A DNA stretch of 64,000 nucleotides from the human T2T-CHM13v2.0 reference genome, Homo sapiens (GCF_009914755.1 NC_060925.1); one strand, 5' to 3'; positions 44,621 to 63,071 are shown, numbered from the stretch's first letter. Translations and numbers: made by a program. Notes: generated by a model from the sequence alone, not told the origin.

Positions 44621-47616
44621 ACTGATGCACAGGCAACCTTTCAAAGCAAAAAATGGTCAAAAAAAACCTTCTGCACAGTAAAGGAAATAATCAATAAATT
44701 GAAGAGACAACCCACAGAGTGGGAGAAAATATTTGCAAACTATCAACATGACAAGAGATTAATAACCATAATATATAAGGAACTCAACTCTACAGGGAAA
44801 AATCTAATAATCTGATTTTAAAATGGACAAAAAATCTGAATAGACATTTCTAAAAAGAAGACACACAAATGGCAAACAGATATTTGAAAAAGGTGCTCAA
44901 CATCACTGATCATCAGAGAAGTACAAATCAAAATTACAATTAGCTATCACCTTACCCCAGTTAAAATGGCTTTTATCTAAAAGACAGGCAATAACAAATG
45001 CTGGCAAAGATGTGGAGAAAAGGGAACCCTTGTACATTATTGGTGGGAATGTAAATTAGTACATCCACTATGAAGAACAGTTTGGAGATTCCTCAAAAAA
45101 CTAGAAATAGAGCTACCATATGATCCAGCAATGCCACTACTGGTATATATATTAAAAAAAAAAGGAAATCAGTATATCAAAGAGATATCTGCACTTTCAT
45201 GTTTATTGCAGCAGTATTACCTAAGTGGCCGTAACAGACAAATGGATAAACAAAACGTGGTATATATACACAATGTACTATTCAGCCATAAAAAATAATG
45301 AGATCCTATAATTTGCAACAACAGGGACAGAATTGAAGGCTATTATGTTAAGTGAACTATGTTAGGCACAGAAAAACAAACTTCACATGTTCTCAGTTAT
45401 TTGTGGGAGCTGAACATTGAAACAATTGAATTCATGAAGATAGATAGTAGAATGATGGTTATCAGAGCATGAAAAAGGGTAGCTGGGGTGGGGGTGGTCA
45501 ATATAATTAGATAGATATATAAATATATTATTAGAATGAATAAGATCTAGTATTTGATAGCACAAGAGAGTGACTACAGTCAATAATAATTTATTGTACA
45601 TTTTTAAATACCTAAAAGTACAATTGGATTGTTTGTAACACAAAGAAAGGATAAATGCTTGAGGTGATGGATACCCCATTTACCCTGATATGATTATTAC
45701 ACACTGTATGCCTGTGTGTAAAATATCTCATGTACCCTATAAACATATATATTTATTATGTGCCCACAATACTTTTTTAAAAAAAAAAGAAAGGAAAATA
45801 GGCAGTGGCTAGCACATATTTCCAAGATATCTGATTCTATGGGGTCTTTGTGCCTTTCATGGCCTTTGAACTATTTACAACTCTGTAACTTATAGATGAC
45901 TGATAGTGATGCAAATTATTCTTATCCATAGACTGCAAATGAATTATTTTTGACAGTGTTTCAGTTGATTTTCCTCCCCGGTGTTGAAGAAGCCAGTTTT
46001 ACATTTTTGAAGCAAATTCATTTATGTATTCCTGACAGCTCATGTGGCCAAATACGTGTCTGTACTTGATTCTCCTGTGAATCCGTTTTGGTTTTTGTAG
46101 CATCTTACTAGTTCCCTCATTAATAAATGAGTTAAATAAAGTATTTGACCTGTGTTTATATTTGTATAAGATACAACATTTTTCCTTTAAAAATATATAT
46201 TTTTCTATTGGAGGATGGGAGAGGCTTCCAGGCATAGGAAATAATGGTATGTTTTTAAGATATGATAATGAGAAAGAACACAGTATGCTGGTAGCAGAAG
46301 AGGCACAGGAGTAGTAGAGAGGTGAGGCTAGAAGGATAAGCAAAATTTAGGTCACAAGGGCCTTGTGATGTAATGGAAATTTAAAAATGTATTATCTTAA
46401 CAGCTAATATCAGAATTCCTCTTAGGTAGGTTACTATAATTTTTGAGGCAACACTTGGAATGCTGCGTGGTGATAGAACATGAGGTATCAAAGTCAGCAG
46501 GGATCAAGGTAAACATTTTAGGAGGTGGCTAAAGTGATCTTCCTAAAACAAAGAAAGACATTTGTTTTAGCTCCTGAAAAGGGAGGGGAAGAACAGAATC
46601 AAAAATCTGATGTGCAATTTAGACCATGTAAGATGAAGAGCCAGTAAAAATGTTTGTTGTTGAAGCAGCCAAAAAGCGTTTCAAAAAAGGGATGCCTAAA
46701 GCTCAACCTGACATCTTTTGCATTGTCACAACATAAACCCTTTCAAAATTAGCTCTGTGTTGGTGGATTTTACGGGCATGTTCTAGGGGATTCTGTGATG
46801 TTTGTAGAACTTAAAAAGGAACAGAATTACATATCTCAGTTGCTGCAGAGTCACAACCCACTAAAACCTGAGCTCAGAAGTGGGGGTGCTAATGCAAAAG
46901 GTGCTCCCTACAGAGACCCAGAAATCTCAGATAGAAACCAAGATTCCCCTGTGTGTGGAATGAACTTATTTAGCTCTCAATGGGTAATAGATGACATGTG
47001 AGTTACATAAACCAAGCATAATGAACTTCAGCTTAGTCTTGAAAATGATAGAGAGCGACTGAGGTGGCTGGAGTGTTGAGATAGCTGTGCCTGGAGGTTA
47101 AGAAATGACATGAGAACAAGGGCAATGAAGTGCTGACTTGGAGTTGGGAGAGCAACAAGAGAAGAGTTGCACATTACAGAACATCTTATTTTGTAATGGG
47201 CAAAAAAAAAAAAAATCACTTTACATGGGGACCTTAAAAATAAACTTATAAAACTTAGGACACAGAGCAAAGCTATGACTGGCAAAGTAATGGGGAGAGG
47301 GCCAGACAGTGGTTTGGATCACCAACTCATTGTTTCACACTTCTAGTTTCTAGCAGAGGGAAAGTCTAAAATTAGCTTCTCAAATATTGTCAGCATTTAA
47401 GAAATAATATCAGCACTAGTGCAGGGGAAAATGGGAAATGACGTGTGAACAGCTTCCTAGGGAGTGTTGACATTTTTAAAGAATGGTTCAGGGAAGGACC
47501 ATCTTTCTTATCAACCACAAACTCTTTTTGAGGATCAATTTATATTGAAACACTTTGACAGATACAGTTGTTTAAGAGCTCACTCAGTATTGCAGAGCAA
47601 AGGAGAAAAAAATAAT

Positions 47617-50375
47617 TCTATTAGTTCATTCTTACACTGCTATAAAGAAACCTGAGACGGGGTAACTTATAAAGAAAGAAGGTTTAATTGGCTCATGGTT
47701 CTGCAGGCTGTACAGGAAGCATAGTGGCTTCTGCTTCTTGGGAGACCTCAGGAAGCTTCCAATCATGTCAGAAGGCAAAGGGGAAACAAACACATAACAT
47801 GGCCAGAGCAGAAAGAATACAGAGCAAGGGGGAAGGTGCTGCACACTTTTAAACAACCAGATCTCATGGGAACTCCTTCACTATCACAAGAACAACACCA
47901 AGTGGATGGTGCTAAACCACTCATGAGAAATCCACCTCCAAGGTCCCACCTCCAACAGTGGGGACTAGAATTTGACATGAGATTTGATGGGGACACAGAT
48001 CCAAACCATATTATTCCACTCCTGGCCCCCTAAATCTCATGTTCTTCTCACATTGCAAAATACAATCATCCCTCCTCAACTGTCCCTCAAAGTCTTAACT
48101 CTTTTCTGCATTAACTCAAAAGTCCAAAGTCTCATCTGACACAAGGCTACTCTCTTCCACATATGAGCCTACAAAATCAAAAACAAGTTAGTTACTTTAA
48201 ACATACAATGGGGGTATAGGCATTGGGTAGGTACTCCCATTCCAAAAGGGAGAAATCAACCAAAAGAAAGGGGCTACAAGTCCCATGCAAGTCCAAAACC
48301 CAGCAGGGCAGTCATTAAATCTTAAAGCTCCAAAATAATTTCCTTTCACTCCATGTCCCATATCTAGGGCATACTTATGCAAGGGATGATCTCCCAAGGC
48401 CTTGGGCAGCTCTGCACCTGTGGATCTTTAGGGTGTAGCCCCTGCAGCTGCTTTCATGGGATGGCACTGGATGCCTGCAGCTTTTCCAGGTGCATGGTGC
48501 AAGCTGTCAGTGGATCCTCCATTCTGGGGTCTGGAGGACGATGGCACTCTTCTCACAGCTCCAGTAGGCAGTGTCCCAGTGGGGACTCTGTTGGGGGGTG
48601 CTCCAACCCCACGTTTACCCTCCACACTATCCTAGTAGAGGTTCTCTGGGAGGGCTCCACTCTTGCAACAGGCTTCTGCCTGGACATTCAGGCTTTTCCA
48701 TACATCCTCTGAAATCTAGGCAGAGGTGTCCAAGCCTCAACTCTTGCACGTTTTGCCCTCACAAGTTTAACATCATGTGGAAGTTCCCAAGTCTTACAGT
48801 TTGTACCCCCTGAAGCAGCAGCCCAAACCATACCTGGGCCCTTTGAGCTATGGCTGAAGCTGGAGTGGCTACGATGCAGGGACCAGTGTCCTGAGGCCAT
48901 GCAGGGTAACCAGGGTCATGGGCCTGGACCGCAAAACCATCCTCCCCTCCTAGGCCTCTGGGTCTGTGATAGGAGGGGCTGCTGCAAAGGTCTCTGAAAT
49001 GCCTTCCAGACCTTTTCCCCATTGTCTTGGCAATTAGCAATTGGCTCTTTTTTACTTACACAAATTTCTAAGCCCTGCTTGAATTCTTCCCCTGAAAATG
49101 GGCTTTTCTTTTCTTACCACATTACCAGGCTGCAAATTCTCCAAACTTTTGCTTTACTTCCCCTTTAAACATAAGTTCCAACTTAGGTTGATTTTTTGCT
49201 CACACATATAAGCGTAGGCTGTTAGAAGCAGCCATGTCACTTCTTGAACACTTTGCTGCTTAGAAATTTCTTCCACCAGATACCATAAATCATCACTCTC
49301 AAGTTCAAAGTTCCACAGATCCCTAGGGCAGGGGCAAAAAGCAGCCAAATTATTTGCTAAGGCATAACAAAAGTGACCTTTACTTCAATTCTCAATAAGT
49401 TCCTCATTTCCACCTGAGACCTTATCAGCCTGAACTTCACTGTCCTTATCGCTACCAGCATTTTGGTCATAACCATTCAACCAGTCTCTAGGAAGTTCCA
49501 AACATTCCTTCAACTTCCTGTCTTCTTCTAAGCCCTCCACACTTTTCCAACTTCTGCTCATTACCCAGTTCCAAAGTCACTTCCACATTTTCAGGTATCT
49601 TTATAGCAAAGCCCCACTCCTCAGTACCTATTTTCTTCATTAGTCAGTTCTCGCATTGGTATAAAAAAAACCTGAGACAGGTAATTTATAAAGAAAAGAG
49701 GTTTAGCTGGGTGCGGTTGCTCATGCCTGTAATCATAGCACTTTGGGAGGCCAAGGCGGGTGGATCACAAGGCCAGGAGATCGAGACCATCCTGGCTAAC
49801 ATGGTGAAACCCCGTCTCTACTAAAAATACAAAAAATTAGATGGGCATGGTGGCAGGCTCCTGTAGTCCCGGCTACTCAGGAGGCTGAGGCAGGAGAATG
49901 GCGTGAACCCAGGAGCCGGAGCTTGCAGTGAGCCGAGATTGCACCACTGCACTCCAGCCTGGGTGACAGAGCAAGACTCCATCTCAAAAAAAAAAAAAAA
50001 GAAAAGAAAAGAGGTTTAATTGGCTCACATTTCCACAGGCTGTACAGAAAGCATAATGCTGGCATCTGCTCAGTTTATGGGGAGACCTCCAGAAACTTAC
50101 AATCATGGTGGAGGGGAAAGGGGGAGTGAGACATCTCACATGGCAGGAACAGGAGCAAGAAACATGTGGGGGTGGTACTACAGACTTTTAAACAACCAGA
50201 TCTCATGATAATTCACTCAATCACTCTCATGAGAACAGCACCAAGAGAATGGTGCTAAACCATTCATGAAGGACCACCCCCATGATCCAATCACCTCCCA
50301 CCAGGCCATACCTCCAACATTAGGGATACAATTCAACATGAGATTTGGGTGGGGACACAAATCCAAATCATATCA
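47617..50375. mobile_element. complete MST-type MaLR (LTR-internal-LTR) with an AluY-like insertion (~49706-50003) in the second LTR
   Basis: Two similar LTRs (~47617-48013 and ~49636-50375), MaLR internal sequence, 5-bp TSD ATAAT; Alu TSD AAGAAAAGAGGTTT. Confidence 0.88.
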
Positions 50376-50536
50376 ATAATGTTTTATTGGACTCAGGTCA
50401 AAATGTGGTTGAGAATATAAGCTTGGGGGTCAAACAGAATCCAACTTAAGACTGAGCTCTACAACTTACTGGTGATGTGATTTGGGCAAGTTACTTAACC
50501 TCTCTGTGCCTGTTCTCATCTATAAATAAGAGTTAA

Positions 50537-51150
<614 letters not shown>

Positions 51151-51799
51151 GAGTTAATGCAATAATTTTCTTAAATGAGTAATAAGGATTAAACAATAGT
51201 AATGATCATGGCTAAGTACTTAGGCAATGATAGCTTATTATAGCACTTAATATTTTAAACACTGTATAGCATTTTATATGTACTTTTTAATCCCCATAAG
51301 AATTCTGTAATGCAGATACTATTGTCATCCTGATTTTACAGAGGAGATAATGCATGTAAAGTGCTTACATGATGAATACCACATAGCACATGATCAATAA
51401 ATATTCCATGTTATTACAGATGAGCTTGATGTCAGAAAGTACAATTTAGATAAGAAGGGCCAAAGATCACCTCATGACATTTTCTACATTGGACAAGTGC
51501 ATAGTAATAATCTATCACCTTGGACACTCTACCTAGTAGCTTCCTAGTGGAAAAATTTTCTCAGCCTCTTCTATAATAATTTTACTGCTTTGTATCTATT
51601 TAGCATGCAATAGGAGCAATTACAGACTTTTCTGTAGAGCAATGGCATGATCAAATCATGTTAAAGAAGATTAATTTGTCAAGGGTAGGTATGAGGAGAG
51701 GGAAGGCATAGAAACCAACTAGGAAATTAATATTACTGCTGGCAAGAAATCTGACAATAAAACAGGAATAGGAGTCTTGATGAGAGATTTTAGAAGTTT

Positions 51800-53940
<2,141 letters not shown>

Positions 53941-54554
53941 CACTAACCACATTGCGTGTGCTCAATAGCCAAATGTGATTAATGGCCAATGTTTTCAGTG
54001 ACATATATATGAAACATTACTATTAATATTATTGCAGAAAGTTCTATTGGAAACTATTATTCTAGAGCCAGTCTTATCTGACATCAAGCCTTTACTCAGT
54101 GCATCAGTGCTTCTCAAAATTTACTGTGCATTTAGACCAGCTAGGGATCTTGTCAAAATGCAGATTCTGCTTCAGGACGTCTGGATCATACCTGACATTC
54201 TCTATTTCCAACAAGATACTAGGTGATGAGAATGCTATGAGTCAGCAGACCACAGTTGAGCAACACTGTAACCCATGAGATATAAGCGTGCATATATTAT
54301 TAAGTTGGTCTGTTTTCTTTTTATGTGGAAGAAAAACATACTGAAACAAATAAAAATAGACCAATAATGAGAAAAGATCAGTGTAACATCTCATAATTTT
54401 TTTTTTTGCTTTTATGCAATTGTTTCAATACCTAACTGACAACTCTACCTTTACACACAAGTTAATTTCCTAAATACATATTTAGGAGGGTGAGTTCCAT
54501 GTTTCCTTAATTTTAATGTGAACAGACTTTATGCTAAGAAGAGAAAATAGTATT

Positions 54555-55457
54555 CAGTGATATACTAGAGGTGGCTCATACCATTTTATGAGAATTGTTA
54601 AATTTTTAGAAATTTTGCAAGCCATTACGCAAAGTAAAATATAATTAAATTACTTTAAAATAAAGATATAAATTACTCAAATTCATCACTGCCTAATTAT
54701 TTTGCTACTTTTTTTACTATATTATTTTACTACTTTACTATTATTTACCTCTTGAGGTTATTAGCATCTGTTTTATCTGCCCAGTTGAAATACAACATTT
54801 TGGTGAGCTATTACATGTTGGTAGTGATAGTGACAGGAGGCAGCCAAATGCCTAGGCAGATAGGGGCAGGTCCCCAGCAGAACCCCACCTACAAGCTGAA
54901 GACAGTTTAAAGCCTGAAAGCAAAGCTACAAGTTAAATCCTTGGACCAGATCGAGAACCCACCTTCCCATTTGGCATACTTTCCCCTGATTGATCCCCAT
55001 TCTTCAACTATTTTACATATACTTGCCCTTCCCTAGTTGGTTTTCTACACTATTGTGCCCACCTTTGAGTGCTGTCTTTGCTTTGACCTTTTTTGCATAC
55101 TCACAAACCAATCAGCACATACTCCCTATTCTGAGCCCATAAAAGGCCCTGGCACAACAATATTGAGAACTTTCCTGCCTTCAAGTAGGGAGACCATCCC
55201 TGCATCCCCTCCCCACTAAAAGCTTTTTCATCACTCAATATCACTCCCTGCCTTGCTCACTCTTTGAGTGTCTGCATGCCTACTTTTTCCTGTCATGAGA
55301 CAAGAACCCAGAGTTGGCTGAGCTAAGGAGCAAAAAGTCCTGCATCAGTAGCTTGAAATTGACCATTTACACCACAGAAACAAGCAAATACTGCAAATAA
55401 GGGCTTCCCCTTCTTCCCCAGAGGGCTAATTGTTACACATATACCAGCACACCTCTG
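54555..55457. mobile_element. hAT-Tip100-like DNA transposon relic
   Basis: Termini CAGTGATATACTAG and CCAGCACACCTCTG; interrupted by an LTR. Confidence 0.5.
54825..55347 (+). mobile_element. ERV1-class solo LTR (MER50-like)
   Basis: TG...CA termini, 4-bp TSD GTAG, CCAATCAG and CCCATAAAA promoter-like motifs. Confidence 0.75.
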
Positions 55458-56458
55458 ATGGTAGTGCCTTGGGAACCACAGTAAATTCAAAACATACTAG
55501 ATTAAGTAGTGTCTTAAACAATAATATTTCTCACCAATTCTTAGAGTTAACTGGGATCAGACATTTTGAAACATGGGAGAAACATGATAATCAAGCCGAG
55601 AGACAGATCACTTACCCAGGAAAAAAGGCCAGATCCTTAGACCCAGAGAATCTGGCATACCATTATAATCCAGCTTCTTACCCACAGCAGGAACCATGAG
55701 GCTACACAAGGTCTTGAGGAAGAGAAGCAACCAGCTTTGTTCTTAACTGGAACAGACATCTCAGTCATTTATGTGCTGGAGATAAAACTTACTGATGCAG
55801 GACTGTTCCTTCCATGTGCCCTCACTGCCTCTCCACTTCCCAGCACGCCCAGAAAGATCAAAGAGTGTCTGTGCTTTGCCATCACAGTTTCTAGGTCTTT
55901 TATGATGCAGAATTGGAAGAATAAGTAAGAATAGTAAGAACAGGGTATGGGAGAGGAGGAAATGAGATCTAAATTAAGACCTGAAGGATTACCCTTTCTG
56001 AGGGTCAGTGTGGGGGATGGGGAGAGTTACAGGCTAAGTAAATAGAAGGCCAAGAAGAGGTGTAGCTTAATCTAAGAGTTGGAGGAGGCATGGGTAGAGA
56101 TGTGTTTGAAGAGGTTAAGTGGGTGATTACGTTAGACCTTTTTAGCCTGGTAGAGATTCCCTCTATCTAAGAGCAACAGAAGGCCACTGAAGGATTTGAA
56201 AGAGAGAAGATATAGGATTACATTTACATTTTAGAAATAACATTTCAGCTGCAAAGTAGAGAATATGTTGGAATGGGCTAAGCCTGGAGACAGGGAGACC
56301 AGTTGGCAGTGACCTGATGGTAATGAACAATTACAGAAGTTATAGGGTATTTATACCTTTGCAGTGGGCATAGGCAAATAAGACAAGTTTAATATAGGCT
56401 ATTGAAAAGTCATTTGAATACCTGAGATTTTAATCTTTTAACCTTAGATATTTGCCTT

Positions 56459-56875
56459 TGTGAAAGAAAATAAATCTTGGGGCCCCAAAGTCACTAAGCT
56501 AAGAGGAAAAGTTAGGTTGGGAACTGCTTAGGGCACACCTGCCTCCCATTTTATTCAAAATCATCCCTCTGCTCACTGAGAAAAGTACATAGTTGATGGC
56601 CTCCTTTGGAAAGGGTGATCAGAAACTCAGAAGAACGCAACATTTGTCTCTTATCTACCTATGACCTGGACGCCCCCTCCCCACTTCCAAGTTGTCCCAG
56701 TATTGATTGATGACTCATGTCTCCCTAAAATGTATAAAACCAAGCTGTGCTCTGACCACCTTGGGCATATGTCATCAGGACCTGCTGAGGCTATGTCACA
56801 GGTGTACGTCCTTAGCTTTGGCAACATTAACTTCCAAAATTGACTGAGATCTGTCTCAGATATTTGGGGTTCACA
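56459..56875 (+). mobile_element. MER4-like ERV1 solo LTR
   Basis: TGTGAAAG...AATAAATCTTGGGGCCCCAAA...GGGTTCACA. Confidence 0.75.
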
Positions 56876-57467
56876 CTTTATACCTGGGTGTGCAGAGTCC
56901 TCCCTTCCTTATAATTATACAGGATCTATTATATGCAAGGTACTCTGGATAGAGTAAACTTCTAGTGTTCCAAAGGAATTTAAACTATTAAAGATATATT
57001 TATTTTATTGTTGCAAAGTGTCTCTCTTCTGAGGAACAAAAAACACTTTATAATATTGTTTTATAGCCTACTGATTCCCTGTGAAGCCAGAATAATCAAC
57101 AACCACAGTCTTTTGACTCATTAACAGTATTGAGTATTCACAGACTATAAACTATTGATAAACTATCCAGAGAGGGAGCATTCTCTCCTTTGGGGATGTT
57201 CTATGCCATCCTCACTGACAAACCAAACATATCCCCCATGCTACCTTGAAAGATTAAGATTTATGTTTGAGAACTCTAAGGCCCATTAATCAAGAAGACT
57301 GGTGAACAAACTATGCTTTAGTTTATTTGTAAACAGTATATATGTGTTCTCAACCTGAGAATAATCACTAATGCTATCAGCACACCTTGGATATACATTT
57401 TCCCTAAATATTTTAGTTTGGAATAACTTGAGCCCAATTTTCATGCATTAATATTAGTTCATAATTA

Positions 57468-57815
57468 TAGTTATGTGTCACTTCACAACAGGGATATGTT
57501 CTGAGAAATGCAGCCTTAGGAGATATCATTCTTGTACAAACACCATAGAGTGTACTTACACAAACCTATACGGTATAGCCTACTACACTCCTAGGCTGTA
57601 TGGCATAGCCTATTACTCCTAGGCTACAAACATGCACAGCATGTTACTGTACTGAATACTATAGGCAACTGTAACACAATGATAAGTATTTGTTTATCTA
57701 AATATATCTAAATGCAGAAAAGGTACGGTAAAAATACAGTACCATAATCTTATGGGACTACAGTCATATATGTGGTCCGTAGTTGACTGAAATGTCATTA
57801 CACAGTTCATGACTG
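57468..57815. mobile_element. Tigger3-family (TcMar-Tigger) MITE
   Basis: GTTCTGAGAAATGC...CATAGAGTGTACTTACACAAACCTA...CATGACTG, with TA flanks. Confidence 0.75.
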
Positions 57816-59024
57816 TACCACATCTGAAAACACAAAGCAATAGATTCTCTTTTGTTTTTGTTAAAACTGTGTTGGTTCTACCTTCTCTAGCAGAGCTGTA
57901 CCTAAACAACTTTATGCACTCACAAAAACGTGATTGTCTCTTTTGAGAACATTCTGTCTCTACATAGATTAATATCTGTAGAATTCATAAGGAAACACAA
58001 AACAATACGTATCTTTCATTTATATACACACAGATACAGATAAATAGACCATTCCAGAAAAAGAAATTAACTTTGGTGAACTATTTGTAATTCATCCCCC
58101 AAAAAATTAAAGGTTATTTGAAATCTGGAATTCATATTAGACTGTGAAGTTAGACTCTGGGTAAACTTTTTTGATGAAGGGAATTTAACATACCAGAAAG
58201 AACAACTTTCAAATCTCAAGGTCAAACATGGGGCTATGAACTTATGGCCACTGGGGTGATCAAATGGCTGAAATTCATTGCAGTATAATTCAGGTAGTAA
58301 AACCTGGGAAAAGGTGGGAAAAGATGTCATAGGGAAAGTGCCCAAATGTTGGAATAACCCCAAAAGCTAAAAGAAGAGCCTCAGACACATTAGATAGTAA
58401 AGAAGTACCTACAGGAAAGCAAGACTATTACTTATCAGTCATACCACATGTAAGACCTACAACTTGAATGCCCTTATGACACTGAGTGCTAAACAACTCC
58501 TTGCAGGAGAAGTGCTGTGTCTAGGTTTCAGTTCTATAGTTCTGTCTATTCATTTGATCAGCAGATAATGAGAATCTTCAAATGCTGCGCACCATCCAAA
58601 GGCCAGAGTTATAGAGATGAAAGATACTCAAGGGCTTTGGAGCTGAAATGGGAACAAGGAAAGGAAAAAAAAAATAGATGGTGTATTTGAGCAGGGTTCT
58701 GTGGAGTGCTAAGGACTGGAAGATAGTATAGAAACAATAATACACATACATGCTGGCACTGTTATGAACCCTTTGTATGGATTAATGCATTAAATCTGCA
58801 CTATAACATAAGAGATTGGCATAATTCTTACCCCATTTAATAAGGTAGAAATTAAGGTATAAATGTTATGTTATTTGTCCAAGGTCACACTACATTTACT
58901 GCCAAACATTCAGGTGGCCCCACGCACAGTAAAGTAAATGTCCGATCACCTCCAAGAAAGCAACAGGGATCATCATCATCACCACCACTCAATGCGTTGC
59001 ACATGCCAGGCTTTTCTCTAAGTG

Positions 59025-59337
<313 letters not shown>

Positions 59338-59409
59338 TCTCTAAGTGTTTTATATATATTAACTCATCAAATCCTCACAACAACCCTCTTTCTTTTTTGT
59401 TTTGAGGCA

Positions 59410-60400
59410 GACTTTCTAAAATAATTGAATTTTTAGAGAAGTTTGAAGTTTACAAAAAGAATCCTGTGGAAAATACAGACAGTTCCCATATACCATCCTT
59501 TCCCCAGCCCCACCCTCAGCATACATAGTTTTCCTTATTAATATCTTACATTCATGTTGTACTTTCGTTACAATTGATGAGCCAATGTTGATACATTGTT
59601 AAAAGTCCACAGTTTATATGAGGGTTGACTCTGTGTTGTAGGGTTCTACAGGTTTTGACAAGTGTAACATGTATCCATCATTATATCACACAGCATAGTT
59701 TCACTGCTGACAAAAGTCCCCTGGGTTCCACCTATTCCTCCCTGTCTCCTCACCTCCAAACCCTTAGTACCCACTGATCTTTTCACTTTTCAGTTTGCCT
59801 GTTCCAGAATATCATGCGTTTGAAATCATACAGTATGTAGCCTTTTCATAATGGCTTCTTTCTATTAACAATATACATTTACGATTCTTCCATGTCTTTT
59901 TGTGGCTTGATAGCTTATTTGTTTTTATTGCTGAATGATACTCCATCGTATAAATGTACCAGTTTGTTTACCCATTCACCTACTAAAGGACATATTGGTT
60001 ACTTCCAAGTTTTGGCAATTATGAATAAAGCTGTTATAAACATACCTGTGCAAGCTTTTCTGTAGACATAAGTTTTCAACTCATTTGGGTAAATACCAAG
60101 GTGCATGATTGCTAGATCCTATGGTAAGAGTATGTTTACCTTTGTAAGAAACCGCCAAACTGTCTTCCAAAATGGCTGTACCATTTTGCATTCCTACCAG
60201 CAATAAATGAGAGTTCCTCTTGCTCTACATCCTCTCCAGTATTTGATGTCAGTTTTTGGATTTTTGTCATTTTAATATTAATAGGTATGTAGTGGCACCT
60301 CACTATTGTTTTAGTTTGCAATTCCCTAATGATATAGAATGTTGAGCATCTTTTTATATACTTATGTGCCACTTTGATCTTTTGCCCATTTTTAATTGGG
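59410..60400 (-). mobile_element. L1MA/MB-type 3' end fragment
   Basis: GEDVEQEELSFIAGRNAKWYSH ORF2 C-terminus and 3' UTR motifs. Confidence 0.8.
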
Positions 60401-61236
60401 TTAACAACTCCATTTTTAGATGAGATAACTGAGGCATAGGAGTTCAACAACTTGCCCACAGTTACACAGCTGGAGTTGAGCCCAGGCATGAGCCCACATC
60501 CCTAATCACTATTCTATATTGCCTTTGGGATACACATTTTAGAGCTAAAAAGCCTGAGTCTCAATGCTGGCTTTCCAGTTTACTTGGTGTCTAACCTTTG
60601 ATTATTTAATCTCTCTGAGCCTCAGTTTCTTCTACTATAATATGAGCATACCAGTTCTCACCATTGTCATGAGTGTTAAGACAGAGAAAGCACTGAATTT
60701 GTTCTCAGCATATAGCAGCTGCCAGTAAATGGTAGCTACCATTAGTCCAATGCCTCATGAAAGAGTGAGAAAGCCCTATAGTAGCCATAAGAATTAGCTC
60801 CTGCCTGGAAACTAAAATAGATCAGTCTAGAGCTTTAAATTCTGTGGAAACTCAGACATTCTTGGTGAGGTTTTCATAATCAGCTGTCGGCTGACACCTT
60901 AACTCCTTATACCTAGTGCATATGAATGAGTAAAGGGAGTTCTAGTTCTTGAAAGAATTTTTTTTACTGTACTCAATTTCCCTTTACTGTTCATCTTACC
61001 CTCCTGCTATCCCTGCAAAAAAAAAAAAAATTACAATTCTATTAACCTTTCAACTAATGAAGCATGTCTGGAACCAGATGTGCTCTGCGTGCCTCCACTG
61101 AAAACTGGAATGGTGGCAGAAAAGAAAAGCATCCAAGCAATTGTATCTGATGCGAATGAATAACTCTCAGAAGAACCAGGGCTCCTCTGAAACCACAGCA
61201 GATCTGGGTTGAGAGTGTCCTTAAGACCATATTTTA

Positions 61237-61514
61237 GGCTGGGCACAGTGGCTCACGCCAGTAATCCAAACACTTTGGGAGGCCGAGGCGGGAGGACCAC
61301 CAGAGGTCTGTCCAACATGGTGAAACCCCATCTCTACTAAAAATACACCAAAAAAATTAGCTGGGCGTGGCAGCACGCACCTGTAGTCCCAACTATTTGG
61401 GAGGCTGAGGCAGGAGAATTGCTTGAACCCTGAGGCAGAGGTTGCAGTAAGCTGAGATCACACCTTTGCACTGCAGCCTGGGCAACAGAGCAGGACTCCA
61501 TCTCAAAAAAAAAA
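61237..61514 (+). mobile_element. Alu with left-arm deletion
   Basis: Alu sequence with A tail. Confidence 0.88.
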
Positions 61515-62084
61515 GCATATTCTAGAGAGAGAGTTATGAAAAAAATAGATTATAGATTTAAGATTATCAGTAAAAGTAGAAGAAAACCGGATAAACAGTT
61601 TCTGAAATTATTTTCCAATGAAAGTGATCAAAAGCAAAGAATACGAGTTCAAAGAGGAAGAAAAAATTCCTAAAGAAACCTGATCTTCAAACCTCCCACT
61701 TTTGTCTGATGCTGTAGCATCTGTAGAATATCTTACCTTCTTTAAATAATGACCCTTAACTAGTTTAAATAACTTTTCCCCATGAGAGTTGACTAAGTTA
61801 AATAATTTACTTACATATCTGGGATCAAAATTGAAGCTCCTCCCCTTAGTGATTCAAGTTTCCAGAATGCACCTGTCTTCTTCTAGCAGTAGTTAATGAG
61901 AAAGTTGTGTTAAGTAAGACAATACATTAATTAATTACGTTTGGAAGAAACAGGTTTTACAGGCTTAAACTGGTATTAAAATCCTGCAAAGTACTTGGTT
62001 TGGCTTTTAAAAATTTTACCTTTTGATTTTCATTCACCCATTAAACTTTTTTTAGTACTATTACTGTGGTATAACATTGATTTA

Positions 62085-62474
<390 letters not shown>

Positions 62475-62604
62475 CTAATGTTTTAATAGGCACTTACTCA
62501 CTGCCAGTCTTGTTTATATACAGCATTCTATTTCATACTCACAATAATCTCATGACATAAATGATCATTGAGAACTGAAACTAGTAAAACTTCCCACACC
62601 TATG

Positions 62605-63071
62605 TGTCATGTGGGACCCTTATTAACCTCAGTAGGGATGGCACCAGTTTCAAGAGGCCGAAGAAGAGAAGCAGAGCCAGCAAAGGAGACAGGGCTTTAT
62701 TAGCAGGAAACTTACATACAGAGCAATCCCATGGCGGCAGGCTGGCAGAAGAACCATCACTGCTTGTAAAAAACAAAAACAGAAAAATCATGCAATTTAT
62801 ATAGCATTTTCACTTAACACCCTCCCCTTAACCTCCATCTGGCAACCTTCATTTAATCCCAAACAAAGGGCCTCAATCCCCTGTACAGCCCACGTTCCAT
62901 GGGACAGGATGGGAGCTCAGACGATCCTCTATAGATAAGGAATGACTCTTCGGATTGGCCACTCCTGGATTCCTTAGCTCAGAACTCCAAACACACGTTC
63001 AGGTGCATCTGCCACACAGGGTCATTATCAGGGTATGCGTAGTTATTGCTGTCAGGTGTGTCAACCATACA
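62605..63071 (-). mobile_element. ERV-class solo LTR
   Basis: TG...CA termini with CTATG direct repeats; AATAAA and CCAAT motifs on the minus strand. Confidence 0.7.
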
